From Euprymna scolopes (lineage: Eukaryota): a DNA stretch of 64,000 nt. The notes under the pieces were generated by a model. It was not told the DNA's origin, made no database searches, and was given only the letters and a program-made list of their open reading frames with translations. Shown one piece after another: positions 25,086-38,519 of this stretch. The stretch lies in assembly GCA_053919585.1 (NCBI GenBank), contig CM132807.1, one strand, 5' to 3'. Within the stretch, counting starts at the first letter, position 1; every line of letters starts with the position of its first letter. The translations under genes and the position numbers were made by a program.

Positions 25086-28000
25086 TTCGTTTCCACAATT
25101 CAGGTATGTTTTTTGTCACCATTTATCAAGGCGAACGAAAAGTCAGTATAGGATAAGGGTTAACGAAATGGATGGATTTTTGGTTTAATAATGGAAAGTG
25201 TTCGACTGAGCTTCAGTCTATGACCCCCCCCCCTCTCGCCAAACTTTCACAAGAAACACTCGTGTAGCTGAAAACGCTACCAATAATTCCCCCACTCTTT
25301 ATCTGTGCCTAAACCTAAACGTAGATTCCATGAACAAAGCTTCTTAGAACTGCACGCCTGTGGAATTGTCTTCCGTTTTCCTGCTTTCTGGCTGAGTACA
25401 ATATGGTTGTCTTCAAGTCTAACGTAAATAAGTTCTTGATGAGCCGTTTCATATGAGTCAACAAATTTACCGAATTTTCATTACTAATGATTACTATATT
25501 TTCCAATTTCTACTGTACTCTTTAATCCTTATCCTTGAGTGGCCTCTTGGCCTTGATAATGTGGTGATGCCTGTGTAAAAAAAAAAAAAGACTGAGAGGA
25601 TTGACAATGGTGAATCAAACGAACGATTTCCAACATGCACTTGATGACATTGAATTTGAAGACGACCATGTTGTAGTCTACATGTAATCGGTTCCATGTT
25701 AATGTGTTCCACAAAATGGGGAAATTTTTCGAAAGGAACTCTATTCATGGACATTCTTCCAGATACTAAGCAAATTGAGGAAGTTCCTTTCAGTTGTGGT
25801 AGTAAGATAAGAGCTTGTTGTGAATGCCTTACATGGAGGAACCCAAGATTAGAGTTCAGTTGAGTGTAACAGCGCGAACGCGCGTATAGCAGCTGTATGC
25901 AAATGACCGAGCCGTGTGCGAGGGGATGTCACTGCAAGGAAGGAAAAAGATCATTAAAAGAAGAATTGTGTCGTTACAGTTCAAACCTCTCGGACCCACA
26001 CGCAGTCCGGCACCGCCGCAAAGGAGCAAACAAATAAAGAAGGAAAGAAACAAAAATTCAACTCTGCTCTTTATCCTGTTTTAACAAAAGTTATTTATCA
26101 TCGCTACTTTGCAAACAGTGCCTGCTTCTTTCTTTCTTTTTTTTTTCTGTTCATTTCATCTGCCCTAAGAATAAGAAAACCCTGCCGTCTCGATACCGGA
26201 AGTCATTCGCCGCCACCACGGGGCCACACATCCATCTTCCCCGTTCGCACACTTTGCTTCTCTTCTCGATCATAAGGTGTATTTTTTTTTTTTTTTTTTT
26301 TTTTTTTGTAGCGATAGTTCCTGCACACTTTCCAATTTGCATACATGCTTTAACGGCTGCTGCTACTGCTGCTAATATTTTCGCAAGCCAGAAAACTAGA
26401 AAAATACAAATCAGGTCTGAACGCCAACATAGAAATCTTTAATATGTGTAATTATTATATTTATTTTTCTGAAAATCGCTCCAGACACGGCATGAAACAA
26501 ACCATTTGATATCGAACATATACTATATCTCCCCCTTAAAAATTAAAGGTAATGCTTGGGAGGAGTGTATCATACCAATGAAAATATATCATACTACCCC
26601 AAAAGAAGGCAATAAATATTGGGAAAGTTATCTTTCCGTAAAAAAAGGTGATAATCCTGGTAGGATGTATCATGATGAGCCTACCTATAAAATAATATCC
26701 TCTCAAAATACCTAGGATAATTCTCCATAAAAGAGAAAGGTATAATGACAACAGAACAGATGCTACACTATGAATAGGAATGTGCTATATTATTTACTCA
26801 GGAGCTTAAAAAATAGTACTTCCGTTGGCTAGCTGGAGGAGCGTATAACGAGTGTGTGTGTATATATATATATATAATATATAATATATATATGATTGTT
26901 GAATTTTTATTAGCGATTAATTTCTTTCTTTTTATTTCGCTTTTATATGATAAGAAAGGAGTTATTTGCCCTTGGTTTACATTTTTCGCCCACATTTTAG
27001 GACTTATTTACTTTTTTATTAAAAAATTAATTACTGCGTGCATAAAAGTAAGTTATACATATATATATATATATGACAACTTCATTTAATCACATAAATT
27101 AATATACGAAAATATGCGTAAATTCTCAGTATTTACTTCAACAGTGCTCAATATATAGGTAGCGCTAGATACTAAGTTATAAAAATATATATATGGCAAT
27201 TAAGCTACACGGAATATTCCGCGTTTTATTCTCGTGAAAATTCTCACAAGAATGAAACACGGAATATTCTCTGTATATATTTTTATAACGTGTGTGTGCG
27301 TTGTCTTTAATGAGTCTCTATTGATTTATGATTGTTAAAGGTTCTCATATGTGATTCGTCTAGTGTATTCTCGATTGTGTGTCGATGTGTGTATACAGAT
27401 CATTAACAGTTCATACACTTTGTTGTCTGTTGAAACATCAACAAAAACACATACCTCTAATTTTCCTTCCATGCGTCCTTAAATTAAAGGTGCTTTTCTC
27501 CGAAAGTTAAAACCCTCAAGCGTGAATTATATTTTTATACAATCAGTTATTCTTTGCTAGGTTCGTTTTCAGAGTTGGCAAATTTTGTATAAGATTGCAT
27601 TTTTCTAAGTCGCTCCCTTCTGACTTCCACGGGCGTCCTGTCCAAAAACCCTATCAGTTCGCTAACGCGTTTTGTATCGAACTGATCTCCCTTGTAACTA
27701 AAACTCTACGTCTCCAAATCTATCTTTTCAACTGTCATCACTACACGTAGCCTAAAGATCCTTGCAGTTTTTTTGTCACGTATCTTTGTTTATATTATGG
27801 TTAGTTTAAATTCCATCTATCAAATTAACATCAAGTTAATTTTTGTTTGTGCTAGTTATGAAAACTAACCTTCTTTTCTATCCAAATATTTTAACTTAAA
27901 TAATTTAATCCGTAAATGTTAATAACAATCATAATAATAATCATCGACCAGCACGTATTTAAGCATTGCCCGGCCAGTACCTGAATCTTGCCGACGATAA

Positions 28001-29592
28001 ATGTTTGACAGAATAGATTCTGACCCATAAAACAGCAATTCTCCCCTCTTTGTCAGAAACATCGCTCCTGGAATGTGAGGACTAAAGGATAAAAAAAGGG
28101 AAGAAAGAGTTACGCGTTTGCGAAAAGTAAATTAAGACCCACTTTCTAGTCTTCTATTTTTAATGGTAATCGCTCGAGACATCGCATGAAGCCACTTGAT
28201 TAAGGGGGCTAACAAGAATGGAAGCTGATTATTGCAAATACATGATATGCTTATTGACCTTAGTCTTTAAAAGACCAAGGAAACAGTGAGCAGGAAGAGA
28301 GTTCCACAACCTTGCAGTCGTTGGAAAACAAAACAATGGAATGTATTTTTTATAGATGAATAAAGGTTTCGTTTTGAAGTGAATGTTTGTTGGTTGGAAG
28401 AATTATTTCTGTTTAACGGCAAGAACAATACGAATGCGTGTACCTTGAAATTAACAGAAGGTTTAGGTTCTCTTCAGCAATAGGAGACTTAAACGCTGTC
28501 TTATACAGAATTTGAATTGATAGTTATAATAAGAAAATAATTGATAATAATACTAATGTAACAGGGGCGCTGGCGCGTATTTATCAGCACCAACTTGCCG
28601 GTACGCAATGTGAGATCATAGCGGAAGAAGAGAAGGGAAAGGAAAGCAGAGAGAAAAAAAAGGACCCACGTGGTGAGGACTCAAAAAGCTCGTGCCGGTG
28701 TGACGCGTGGTGGCACGAAAGACTTAAGCACGTGTCAAAACGGCAGGGTTTGTTGACCACATAGCGAAATAAAAACTTTTAAAACAAGATGCCATGCGTT
28801 CTTGAAAAGTACCGTTATTTCAATAAACAAAAAAGCCAGTCGAATTTCTTTCTCCCCACCCCCTTTGCAACTTTTTCTGCATTCAACGTGTTGGATCGTG
28901 TTAAAATGTAACGACACCGTTGAAAAAGATTAACGCCCGCGTTACAGAACATTATTTAGTGCCCGATGTGGGCCCAATGATTAGGTGCAAGAAAGATATA
29001 TTAACCAAAAAATTACAAGGGTAGGATAAAGAGTAAGCGGAGCTTACTATTCAGTGGTTTGCCTGTATTTTTTTAAAGTGTAATTTTAAATAAGCGCTCT
29101 GTTTTGTTACACAGGGGAGATTACTGGGTATTCTTTTTTTCTCAACAATTAAAATACAATACACTGCGCACTACTAGTACTCTTGCTGATTCTACAGTAA
29201 TACGAGACTGCTCCCCTGAAAGTGTTATCTTATATCGTAATATAGTACTGGAAGAGTCCATGATGCAGGTAAGTTTCGGTCTCACAAGAGCGCTGTAAGA
29301 TCTGGGCTTTTCACAAAAAGAAAGAAAAATGAACGATAATAATAAGAATTATATTAACAAGAACCCAAGTTTGTCCAGCTGGGCAAACTCTGGTTCTTTT
29401 ACCGGAAAAATATCCAGTAGATAAAACGTTATTTAGTAAATCGTTATTTATTTATTTATTTATTTATTTATTTTTGAATTTCCATACACCAAACATGGAT
29501 ATAAATATCACTAAAACATCCGCTGAGTCATAAGCTTCATTTCGTTACCTTACTTGCCTGGGTGGGTTGCCGGTAGGCTGAGATAAACCGCG

Positions 29593-29650
<58 letters not shown>

Positions 29651-29729
29651 ATTAGGAAAATTTATAAGATAATGTTGATAATGATAATGCTCATAAAATA
29701 ATAACGACAATGACAGTGAAATAATGACC

Positions 29730-30080
29730 CCACCACCCACCCCCCAGCGCGGCCGCAGCCGAGATTGAACTTACTACACGATTTTGTAGTGTAATTCAAA
29801 TCTTGTCGGTAGCTGAATACTTGATGCTTCGCCAAGGCTATCAAGGGTATTTTTTATCATGACACCATTACTAGAGGGGTGCCGACCACGGCTTAAGAAA
29901 ATCTCATCTACCCTCGAGAGAAGGATAAACCGCGCCAGTTTCTCAACCTGGTATTTTACCTCGGGGTACATACAGGGCCTCATCTTCCAAAATGGTCACC
30001 GATCTGATAATGACCAAGCTCAACGTTGTTTAACTTCGGTGATCTGGCGAGAACCGGTGTGTCAACATGATTGTGCCATA
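29730..30080 (-). mobile_element. 5S rRNA-derived SINE (SINE3-like)
   Basis: Minus strand 30080-29993 reads catgttgacacaccggttctcgccagatcaccgaagttaaacaacgttgagcttggtc...ggtgacc, matching the 5' ~90 nt of 5S rRNA, then diverges into a non-rRNA body. Confidence 0.75.
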
Positions 30081-30196
30081 TGAAATGATGATGATGATGA
30101 TGATGATGATAACTAAACCGACTTTTGCAGAATGAGATTCATGCAAAAACCATCTGAAAAGACGGAATCAAACTTAACTGTCGTTAAACAATCAAA

Positions 30197-30245
<49 letters not shown>

Positions 30246-31599
30246 TATAAACAAACACTTATTTGGATGTATTTTTCTTTATAAAAAGGAATTTATTTCG
30301 AACGAAGAAAAAACAAAACAATTTTTCTCATTCACCCACCCCGCTCCCCACGAGAAATTTTAGTCATTTGAAACGCCCTTCCTATTTTTAAAGATCGTCA
30401 GTTAACAGTAAATTAAAACATAGTTTAAGGTTAGGGTAAAAAAATAAGTCGTCTTCTGTATATTTTAACACAGCTGAAAAAAATTATGATTTTTAGCGAT
30501 TCAAAATTTTAATTATTTTGAATATAAAGTCTCGATAGTCAATTTGAATTATCGCCCTTGAATTTTAAAACAAAATGGCGGCTCCCGAACATTATAAAAT
30601 ATGATTTTCTCAGTTAAAAAAAAACTAATTTATCATTTTACGTGATTTTTTTAATATGACATATTCACCCTGTTCTGTTACACAGGGGAGATTACTGTGC
30701 ATTCTTTTTTCTCGACAATTAAAATATGAGTTTTACATCAATGAATCAGAAATTGATTGAAAATAAAGGAAAAAATAACGATTAACATGCAATTGATATT
30801 TGTCGATGGATATTTATCCATATGTCATATAAAAAAGAAAAAGGTTAACATTTAAAATACTCATAGCTCACACCTTTACAAATGTATATATATTTTAGAT
30901 GTGAAAGTTTTTCTATTTTTAAAGTTCGCTCATGAAATTTTCATCAGCAGACGATAAAATTTCATTGCAAAAATATTTTTTCTTTTTTGTTGAAAATCAT
31001 TGGAGACTGAAGACAAAACTTAATTTAAAAAAGTTCGTATTAAGTGAAGTTATCTAGTTCACGTCTTTCTTTACTTTTCCCCTCATTTTAAAATATTACA
31101 TGCACTTGAAAATAAAATAATTATCTGACTAATCATTCAGTTTTAGTCATTTAGAACTGCTTTAAAGCTTCACTCTTCACTTATTTTTCAACCAAATTTC
31201 AAACAATTATTACAGTTTATAGATCACCTACTCAGCTATATTGTAAAAAAAAAAAATCAATTTTCGTTCGGTAAAACAAAAGTTATGATAAATTTACTGG
31301 TGTTCAAAATCGTAAAAAAAAAAAAAACTTAAGGAGGTGAGCGACATTTTTTATCACTGGTTTTCATAGCAATCACGTCGCTTCAGCGACTACTGTTGCT
31401 ACTAATTCACCGCTCTCAAGAAAAGAGAAGTAACAAGTGAAACAGAGAGAATGGAAGAACGAAAGGGAGATAACTGGGGAGATTTTATTGAAAGCAGACG
31501 AGTGTCGTACATATGTGCATGTAATGTTTATAGGGGAAAAAATAAGACTGGAATTAAACAAAGAACAAGTGATTTTACTGGGAGCCTGGAAAATCATGG

Positions 31600-31944
31600 A
31601 TTACAATAGAAAAATACGAGCATGAAAAGTAATATGGTAAAGCTTAAAAATGGAAAAGTAAGGGATTAGTTGTTAAAACTGAAAAAGAAAAAGACAAGAC
31701 ACTCTAGTAAAAAATAAATTTATAACTTAAAATATTGCAGAATTAAGAATTTTTATTTTTAATTCAATTTATAACGTTATATAATCAATTCTTAATGCTG
31801 CAGTGTTTTAAGTTATAATTTTTTTTATGTTTTTATTAGAATATCTTGTCCTTTTTCTTTTCCAGTTTTAATAACTAGTCCTTTACTTTTCCATATTTAA
31901 GCTTAACCATATTACTTTCAATGCTCGTATTTTTCTATTGTAAT
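31600..31944. repeat. Foldback element (inverted arms ~155 bp)
   Basis: attacaatagaaaaatacgagcat...attaagaatt is inverted against aattcttaat...atgctcgtatttttctattgtaat. Confidence 0.75.
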
Positions 31945-32019
31945 GATAATATTATTTTAACTAATTTTTCCTTTGCCTCTGAATATTAAATTGAGAAATT
32001 CTGGACTACAGATGTTAAA

Positions 32020-33147
32020 TCTAATTTATAAAACTCATTATGTCTGTTTGCCTGTATCCATATATTCAAATTCTATCTCCCCCAGAACTAAAATTCGCAG
32101 AGCAGCGATATGTGGCACTATATCTTAGTGTTGCGGTTGCTAACACAATCTACAGCATGGCTGGGTGGTGATTTGGCCATAAGCATAGAGATACAAAGAA
32201 ATGCAATCCCAGAATTCTTTTTCTAGATCGATCTTTTTTTTTTTTTTTCGGCCGGACGATATGGGGGTAAGCACGCATGTTTCTGTCTCTCCGTGAACGA
32301 GAGGGGGCACCCCCTTTCTATAAGCACTAGTTAGGACTATCTATGTAGCTCAGTCTAATAATTTTTAAAGTTAAAGTATTAATTGCTTTTGATCCATTTT
32401 GTAAAACATTGTAAAATATTGTAATATATTTTATGGATAGAAATAAAATAGTTATGAATTCTCATAAATATTACGATTGTGTCGTGTTGTATGTGTTATT
32501 GAGTCTGCCATAAATGCCTCCACCAAACAACGAAGTTGTCCGGAGGACAAAGAAAGAAAATTCCAACCAAAATTCCACCAGGGTGAAGAGGTCATCTTGA
32601 GAAAGTAAAGGAGCCACGCCCACATCCAACATCCCAGGTATGATTTTCTTCTTGTTACACAGACCCTAATGACTGGTCATCTTCACATCTTCTTGAGACC
32701 ACTTCTAAGACAATTAGTGTAACACGTGAAGCCGGTCACACGCCAGTGACCGGCTGATCGTGTTATAAATAGGGGCCACAAATAATTGGATTTTTACGGA
32801 CTTTTCTTTTATGGATCTTTAGCCAGTTAAAATAGTTTTAAGGCTTCAAAAGGGGGTCAAAATTGAAAAAATCGTTATACAATTGGTTCATTCATTATTT
32901 TGAATTTGTAATTTTAATGCCCATATGCGTGTCACGTTTGTACAGTGGTGAAGTCACTAGCTTTGAATGCTACAGTTTCGGTTTCGAGTCTAGCTGATAG
33001 CATCCAAATACATTTCTTTTAGTTTTGAAATCGCGACTCTATATACGAAATCTAGACAAATTAAAATATATGAAAGCGTACTTTATACCCGGGCAAAGCC
33101 GGGCGTCACACCACCTCATCCCACCTCATCCCACCTCATCCCGCTAG
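32020..33147 (+). mobile_element. Non-autonomous Helitron-like element, followed directly by a second copy at 33148
   Basis: A|TCTAATTTATAAAAC start; hairpin cccgggcaaagccggg; CTAG end at 33144-33147 abutting a second TCTAATTTATAAAAC. Confidence 0.65.
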
Positions 33148-34947
33148 TCTAATTTATAAAACTATCTATGTCTGTCTGTGTGTCTGTTTGTCTCCATATT
33201 TTCAAACTCTATCTTTTCCTAAACTAAAAATCGCAGAGCGGTGCTAGTATGCGAAAAATTTGTCGCAATGTGCAACGACGATTATCCCGTGGGTCATAGT
33301 TACCAAGGTACAAAAAAATGCAACAGTAAAAACAAGAAAGAGGCCAGAAACGACTGTCAAAAAGACAAGATGATTTATTGAGAAAAAAAAAAGAGGTAAA
33401 ACAAAAATAAGATGTAAAATGTTCACTCGCGCCTGCAACTACTAAATTTGTCCCTTTAGCAAGGTCCAACGGACTTTAAGTAACTATAAAACAAACATTA
33501 GTGAGAGTGCAGAATAGAAGGAGAGAGAGAGGGAGAGAGAGAGAGAGAACAATAGAAAGAAGACACTTACTGAATCACTTTTTACAATGAACATTTTATC
33601 TTTTTACGTGTGGACGGAAATACGTTATTTCCCCTTAACTGTCGCCAACAGCTCTTTTTTGCCTTACGGTAAATAAATCCATGATAGTCCCTTGTAGATG
33701 ACGAAAATAAAACCACAAATGTTCAAAGTTATTTTGGTAATTTTCGTAGTTTTGTCTCTTTGACAGCTGAGTTTCCACCAACTCACTCGCCTAATTTTAC
33801 TTACTTTTTCGTGCACACCGAAGTCGACTTTCCATTTGTAATCCGGCTAAACTTAACCACGAAGCATTTCGACCTCGTGTTAGGCAATTAAACCAACTTC
33901 TTCATTCCTAGAAGAAATATTCTGCCTTTTATCCTCCAATGTACGAATCTTATTGATTTTTATGTCTTTACTGGCATGTCATTCTTCTTCGACTTTTTAT
34001 AGTTGAGTCACGACATCCGGATAAATCGCTTCGCTTGGTTAGCTTATCTCCAAACTTTTTGATTTCCAACTATTTTAAAGTCTAGTTAAGACTACTTCCA
34101 ATTTTTACGTCTTGTTTGACGGAAACTAAGTTCACAAGTCCCGCACTAGTGGACGGTGGACGGCGAATCCCTAACTGGCGAAATATCGCAAATCTAAAAA
34201 AAAATAATAAAAAAAGCGGGAACTTCCCAAAACAATCAGCAAGTACAATTCAGTTCACGTGATACAACAATCATCATCATCTCATCAGAAATAGATAGAA
34301 AGAGTAAGAAAGAAAAATTGGAAAAAAGAGAAAGAAAGATTAAACAAGAATAAAATTCCAACACTAGAGACTTGTGATGATTGGGGTTTTTTATAGACTT
34401 TATTCATAAGTATGTTTCAAGGAACTAGGGTACAGACTTTCTTTCTGTATAAGCAATATCGCCTGAAGAGCTCTCTAGTTGCTTATAACTGGTTGACCGA
34501 AGCATGCTCATAAATTTCTATAGGCATATAAATCCTTATGTAAAACAAATAAAAAGTGTATATATATATATATATATATATATTTGTGTGTATGTGTGTG
34601 TGTGTTATTTCAACACAATTTGCACCAAAAGAAAACTGATTCCTTTCTTCTAAAGTATTTCCAGAATCAATAAAGACATCAAACATAAAATGTTCAAATC
34701 GAAACAACGTCATAACAGCACTAAATGCATCACAAACCGTAAAACAAACAGTAAAAGCATTAAAACATTTTCTTAAAACATCCACATGTAAAGCAACAAT
34801 ATCAAACTGTTAAAAGTCAATGTGAACGTATGAAAAAGTTTTATGAGCTTAAAAACGCCACTAAAAATGACAATTCCTTAAATGCACTATTCTTTCATCT
34901 AAATGGTCAATTTAATTTTAAACAAGCTAGCCTGATTAAATTCATCT

Positions 34948-35022
<75 letters not shown>

Positions 35023-35263
35023 TGGCAAGTGGCATTGTCTGAAGAACGATCTCTACAAAACTCTCCTGTCAATTTTTTGTCTACAGACTTGAAACTGAAT
35101 ATATACGGTATTCGGGCGTATAGAACAAATTCGTTTTGGTCTTTAGCCAATAAAAATAGCTGCTTAGAGGTAAAAAAAAAAAATGTAATTGAACTTGGCC
35201 AGCGTAAGTCGGCTTGAAGTGCTCCTGTACGCATGCGCAAATATACATTTATAAGCCAGGGAC

Positions 35264-35862
35264 GTGAGTTCCATTATAGAAGCGTTGATTTAATTTGAAT
35301 AAAATAAAATATGCATCAGGCGCGCTTGAAAGCCAAATTACAACCCAATATTACGAAATAAACAAATATTTTACTTGTTTGAAATTTATAATTTAAATAT
35401 ATTTCGGAGTAAAACTCCATTCTCAGAATTTTTTGTTTCTTTTTTTCTTCTTCTTTCTTGCTATGTTGTAAAATTGGAAAAAGAAAAGTCAGTAGTAAAG
35501 ATCCGCACATTGAATATCAGTGGTTCTATTTTGAAATGCCGGGAATGGTGCGTTGGCTACGCGAGATTAACGTCAGGGGTGTGAGTTCTATTATTGAAGC
35601 GTTGATTTAATTTGAATAAAATAAAATACGCATCAGGTGTGCTTGAAAGCCAGATTACAACGCAATATTACAAAAATAAAAAATATTTTACTTGTTTGAA
35701 ATTTTTAATTTAAATATATTTCGGAGTCAAACTCCTTCCTCAGTATTTTGTTTGTTTCTTCTTTTTTTCTTCTTCCTACTTGGCATGTTATACAGTTGGA
35801 GAAAGAAAAGTCAGTAGTAAAGATCCGCGCGTTGTCTCTCAGCGGTTGTATTTCGAAATGCC
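35264..35862 (+). repeat. Tandem duplication (~317-bp period, 2 copies)
   Basis: gtgagttc...gaagcgttgatttaatttgaataaaataaaata...gtcagtagtaaagatccgc...gaaatgcc at 35264 and 35581. Confidence 0.85.
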
Positions 35863-36842
35863 CATGAGATCGATATCAAAAAATAGAAAGTTAAAAATTA
35901 ATAAATATTGAAAGTCCGAAGTTCGATAATGCTTGTTTTCTTATCTCTCCTTTTGCATAAAATTCCACAATCTTTTTATATTCAATAAAAATTCGGAAGC
36001 CAGACGTATTTCATCGTTCGCTCGCCTTTGGCCGGAACATGACGTCAATAGCCGGATTATACCGAGCAACAGCTCAGATTTAACTGCTGACACTGGCGTA
36101 ACACGCCGATCAGTCAATCATAACGTGGCGCGCTGAATTACAACAAAACCTTTGTAAAAACATTTCCTTAAAAGTATTTGCCCCCTCTACAACAAAAAAA
36201 TATATATTTCTTCTAACCTTTTCTTGACAGTTAAAATAAATAAATAATAAAACACCAAATTACCAAAGTAGGTTGTTTTTTTCTTGTTTTTGGTTTCTAC
36301 ATTTATTCATTTTGCTATGTTCTTTTGCGTAGTAGCGCTGTTTGATTTTATTGGCGACGCTTGCCATGATCCGGCTGTTGACGTCATGTTCCGGCCAAAG
36401 CCGATCGAACGCTGAGATAATCTGTTCTTCAGATGCTGCACTTCATTTTCTTGTTCTCTTTCGGTGGAGGAGAAATCCTTCACGACTGAGACAATTTTTA
36501 TTTTTGTACCTTTTCTCCACATTAAAAAACGACCCTGGTGTCTAACTCTGTCCCGTGGGGAGGCATAGTAAATAGGTACATTTGGTTCAACATGCACCAG
36601 TACCGAAAAGTCTTCTCTCTGCCCGTCCCGTCGCCGTCCACATGTGTTATATATTTCTCCTTTAAATTTCTACGAATTCCTAATCTTTTTCCACTAATAA
36701 CGCAACCCGCAAAAAAAAAAATAAATAAATAAATAAATAAAAACTATCATTTCACTTCATAGACACACCATATATTTTGAATTCTAATATCTATGTTTTT
36801 CTTAAAACTATTAATCTTTGGAAAGTCTTCAAGCAAAAAAGT

Positions 36843-37538
36843 TCAATATGTTCCGTTATGCCAACTGAAGATGACTGAACATTTTTCGATAAGTCTACTA
36901 CTTTTAAAGGTTTTCGGGTATCCTGAAAAGAAATATCGCGAGGAAAATTAGCGCAGACAAATAGTTTTCGAGATATAAATACCTGTATTTTTAACTGTAA
37001 ATCACTGGCGGCCATATTTAAACGGGTGGCATATGAAAGCGGCAGACACTAAGTTTTTTTCAATGCAATTCCGAAAGCCGTTCTTAACATGAGGAGGTTG
37101 GCGGGTATTCAGAAAGCTGTTCTTAACATAGGGGAGATTGGGGAGTATTCTGAAAAGCAATTTCTTATTTTCAACCTCCCCCATGTTAAGAATGGCTTCT
37201 GGAATAAACCAACCATTGCACATTGACCGAATTTTATTAAATCTGAATTCTTGAAAGTAAATTTTTGGTGGAATTAGCTAGAAATGACGTTGTTTCGTAG
37301 ACTTAACTTCCCAGTTCGTCTGTACATGCTCACTGAACCATTTCATTGAAACAACAAAGATGGCGGCCAATTCAAACTACTAGAAATTACATTGCATAAT
37401 ACAGTTTATATCTCGAAAACTATTTGTCTGCGCTAATTTTCCTGCGATATTCGTTTTCAGCATACCCGAAAACCTACACAAGTCATTTTTTTAAGAAAAT
37501 GTTGAGATGTCTTCAGTTGGCGTAACGGAGCACATTGA
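36843..37538. mobile_element. MITE/foldback with ~135-bp TIRs
   Basis: tcaatatgttccgttatgccaactgaaga...ttttcgagatataaa is inverted against tttatatctcgaaaa...tcttcagttggcgtaacggagcacattga. Confidence 0.75.
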
Positions 37539-37978
37539 CGCAATAAAAATATAACGTGGACATATAAGCAATTTTGTCCCAAAAGCAATGTGACGTCGTA
37601 AAAGTTGAATGGCAGTTGGCAAAAGTAGTTATAAAAAAAATACGAAATACGTTTTTCGTTCTTTCGCAATCAATTTCCTTTTCTTTTCCTTACTTTTTAT
37701 ATTTTTAATTTCTATATTAATATATTTACTTTCCTATTTTCATTTTACGATAACATTAAAATATGTACGTTTTGATAACATTAAATGATATAAGTATCGA
37801 TTTGACCTCCGAATATTGAATCTATTTTTTGTTCTTTTTTTTTTCAGCTTTAGATATTATGCTTATACCGATTTAAAAATAACAACTTTCTGGGTGTTTG
37901 TTGTGCATTTTTTAAGTTTTGGTTGTACAAATAAAGACATTTTCTCTTTTCATATATATATATATATAATCGTGACAC

Positions 37979-38024
37979 CCTGCACTGAAGATTCCCGAAA
38001 GGATGAAACACTAGTGTCTGTAGG
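37979..38024 (+). ncRNA. Type I hammerhead ribozyme (minimal)
   Basis: cctgca-CTGAAGA-t(tcc cgaaa gga)t-GAAA-cactagtg-TC-tgtagg; predicted cut after C38018. Confidence 0.8.
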
Positions 38025-38327
38025 TATTTAATTATTATAGTAAAAAAAAAATGATTATGACAGCCCCTTTAAGAAATTCGTTTCTTATCGTTGAGCACTT
38101 TCAGTTGAATTAAAAGTCGGTCAATTTAGTTCTTATGCGTAGATCATCGTATAACGATTAGATAACTGTCTGTCTGGCGTAAATGAACACTTAAAATTAA
38201 GATGTTTAAAATTCAACGTTATTTCAAGCGGTTAATGGTAGCCGAATGGATTAGGTCTCCGCTAATCGAGCCAGAGATGTCTCGTGATACGGGGTTCGAA
38301 TCGTTCGACTGGTAGTAATCGTGACAC

Positions 38328-38373
38328 CCTGCACTGAAGATTCCCGAAAGGATGAAACACTAGTGTCTGTAGG
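38328..38373 (+). ncRNA. Type I hammerhead ribozyme (minimal), second copy
   Basis: Identical to 37979-38024; predicted cut after C38367. Confidence 0.8.
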
Positions 38374-38397
38374 TATTTAATTATTATAGTAAAAAAA

Positions 38398-38447
<50 letters not shown>

Positions 38448-38519
38448 TTATGTCATGTGTTCCTCAGAATTCTGCTTCCTTTATTCCCACTCATTTTACT
38501 TGCTGATCTAAGCTAAACA

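Larger units (their letters stand above)
37967..38397 (+). mobile_element. Retrozyme-like unit: 349-nt monomer bounded by two identical hammerheads, with tRNA-like Pol III boxes
   Basis: Identical ~82-bp direct repeats (37967, 38316), each containing a type I hammerhead; A-box 38239-38249, B-box 38293-38303; (TA)n on both flanks. Confidence 0.8.

Noticed and set aside
28557-28946. Possible solo LTR (TGTAAC...GTTACA)
   Set aside because: No TSD and no second copy in the window, so not supportable
29993-30080. 5S rRNA gene
   Set aside because: Diverged, truncated at ~90 nt and fused to a repeat body; better explained as a SINE head
33590-34200. Coding-like composition on the minus strand
   Set aside because: Frequent stops and no recognisable motif
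36307-36597. 96-aa minus-strand ORF resembling a terminal exon
   Set aside because: It overlaps a dispersed repeat (cctatttact...ctccccacg...ttagacac, also at ~46320 and ~15230) and an inverted-repeat arm (36030/36370); no recognisable domain
38231-38314. Functional tRNA gene
   Set aside because: Acceptor and T stems do not pair well and there is no terminator; treated as a tRNA-derived promoter within the retrozyme unit
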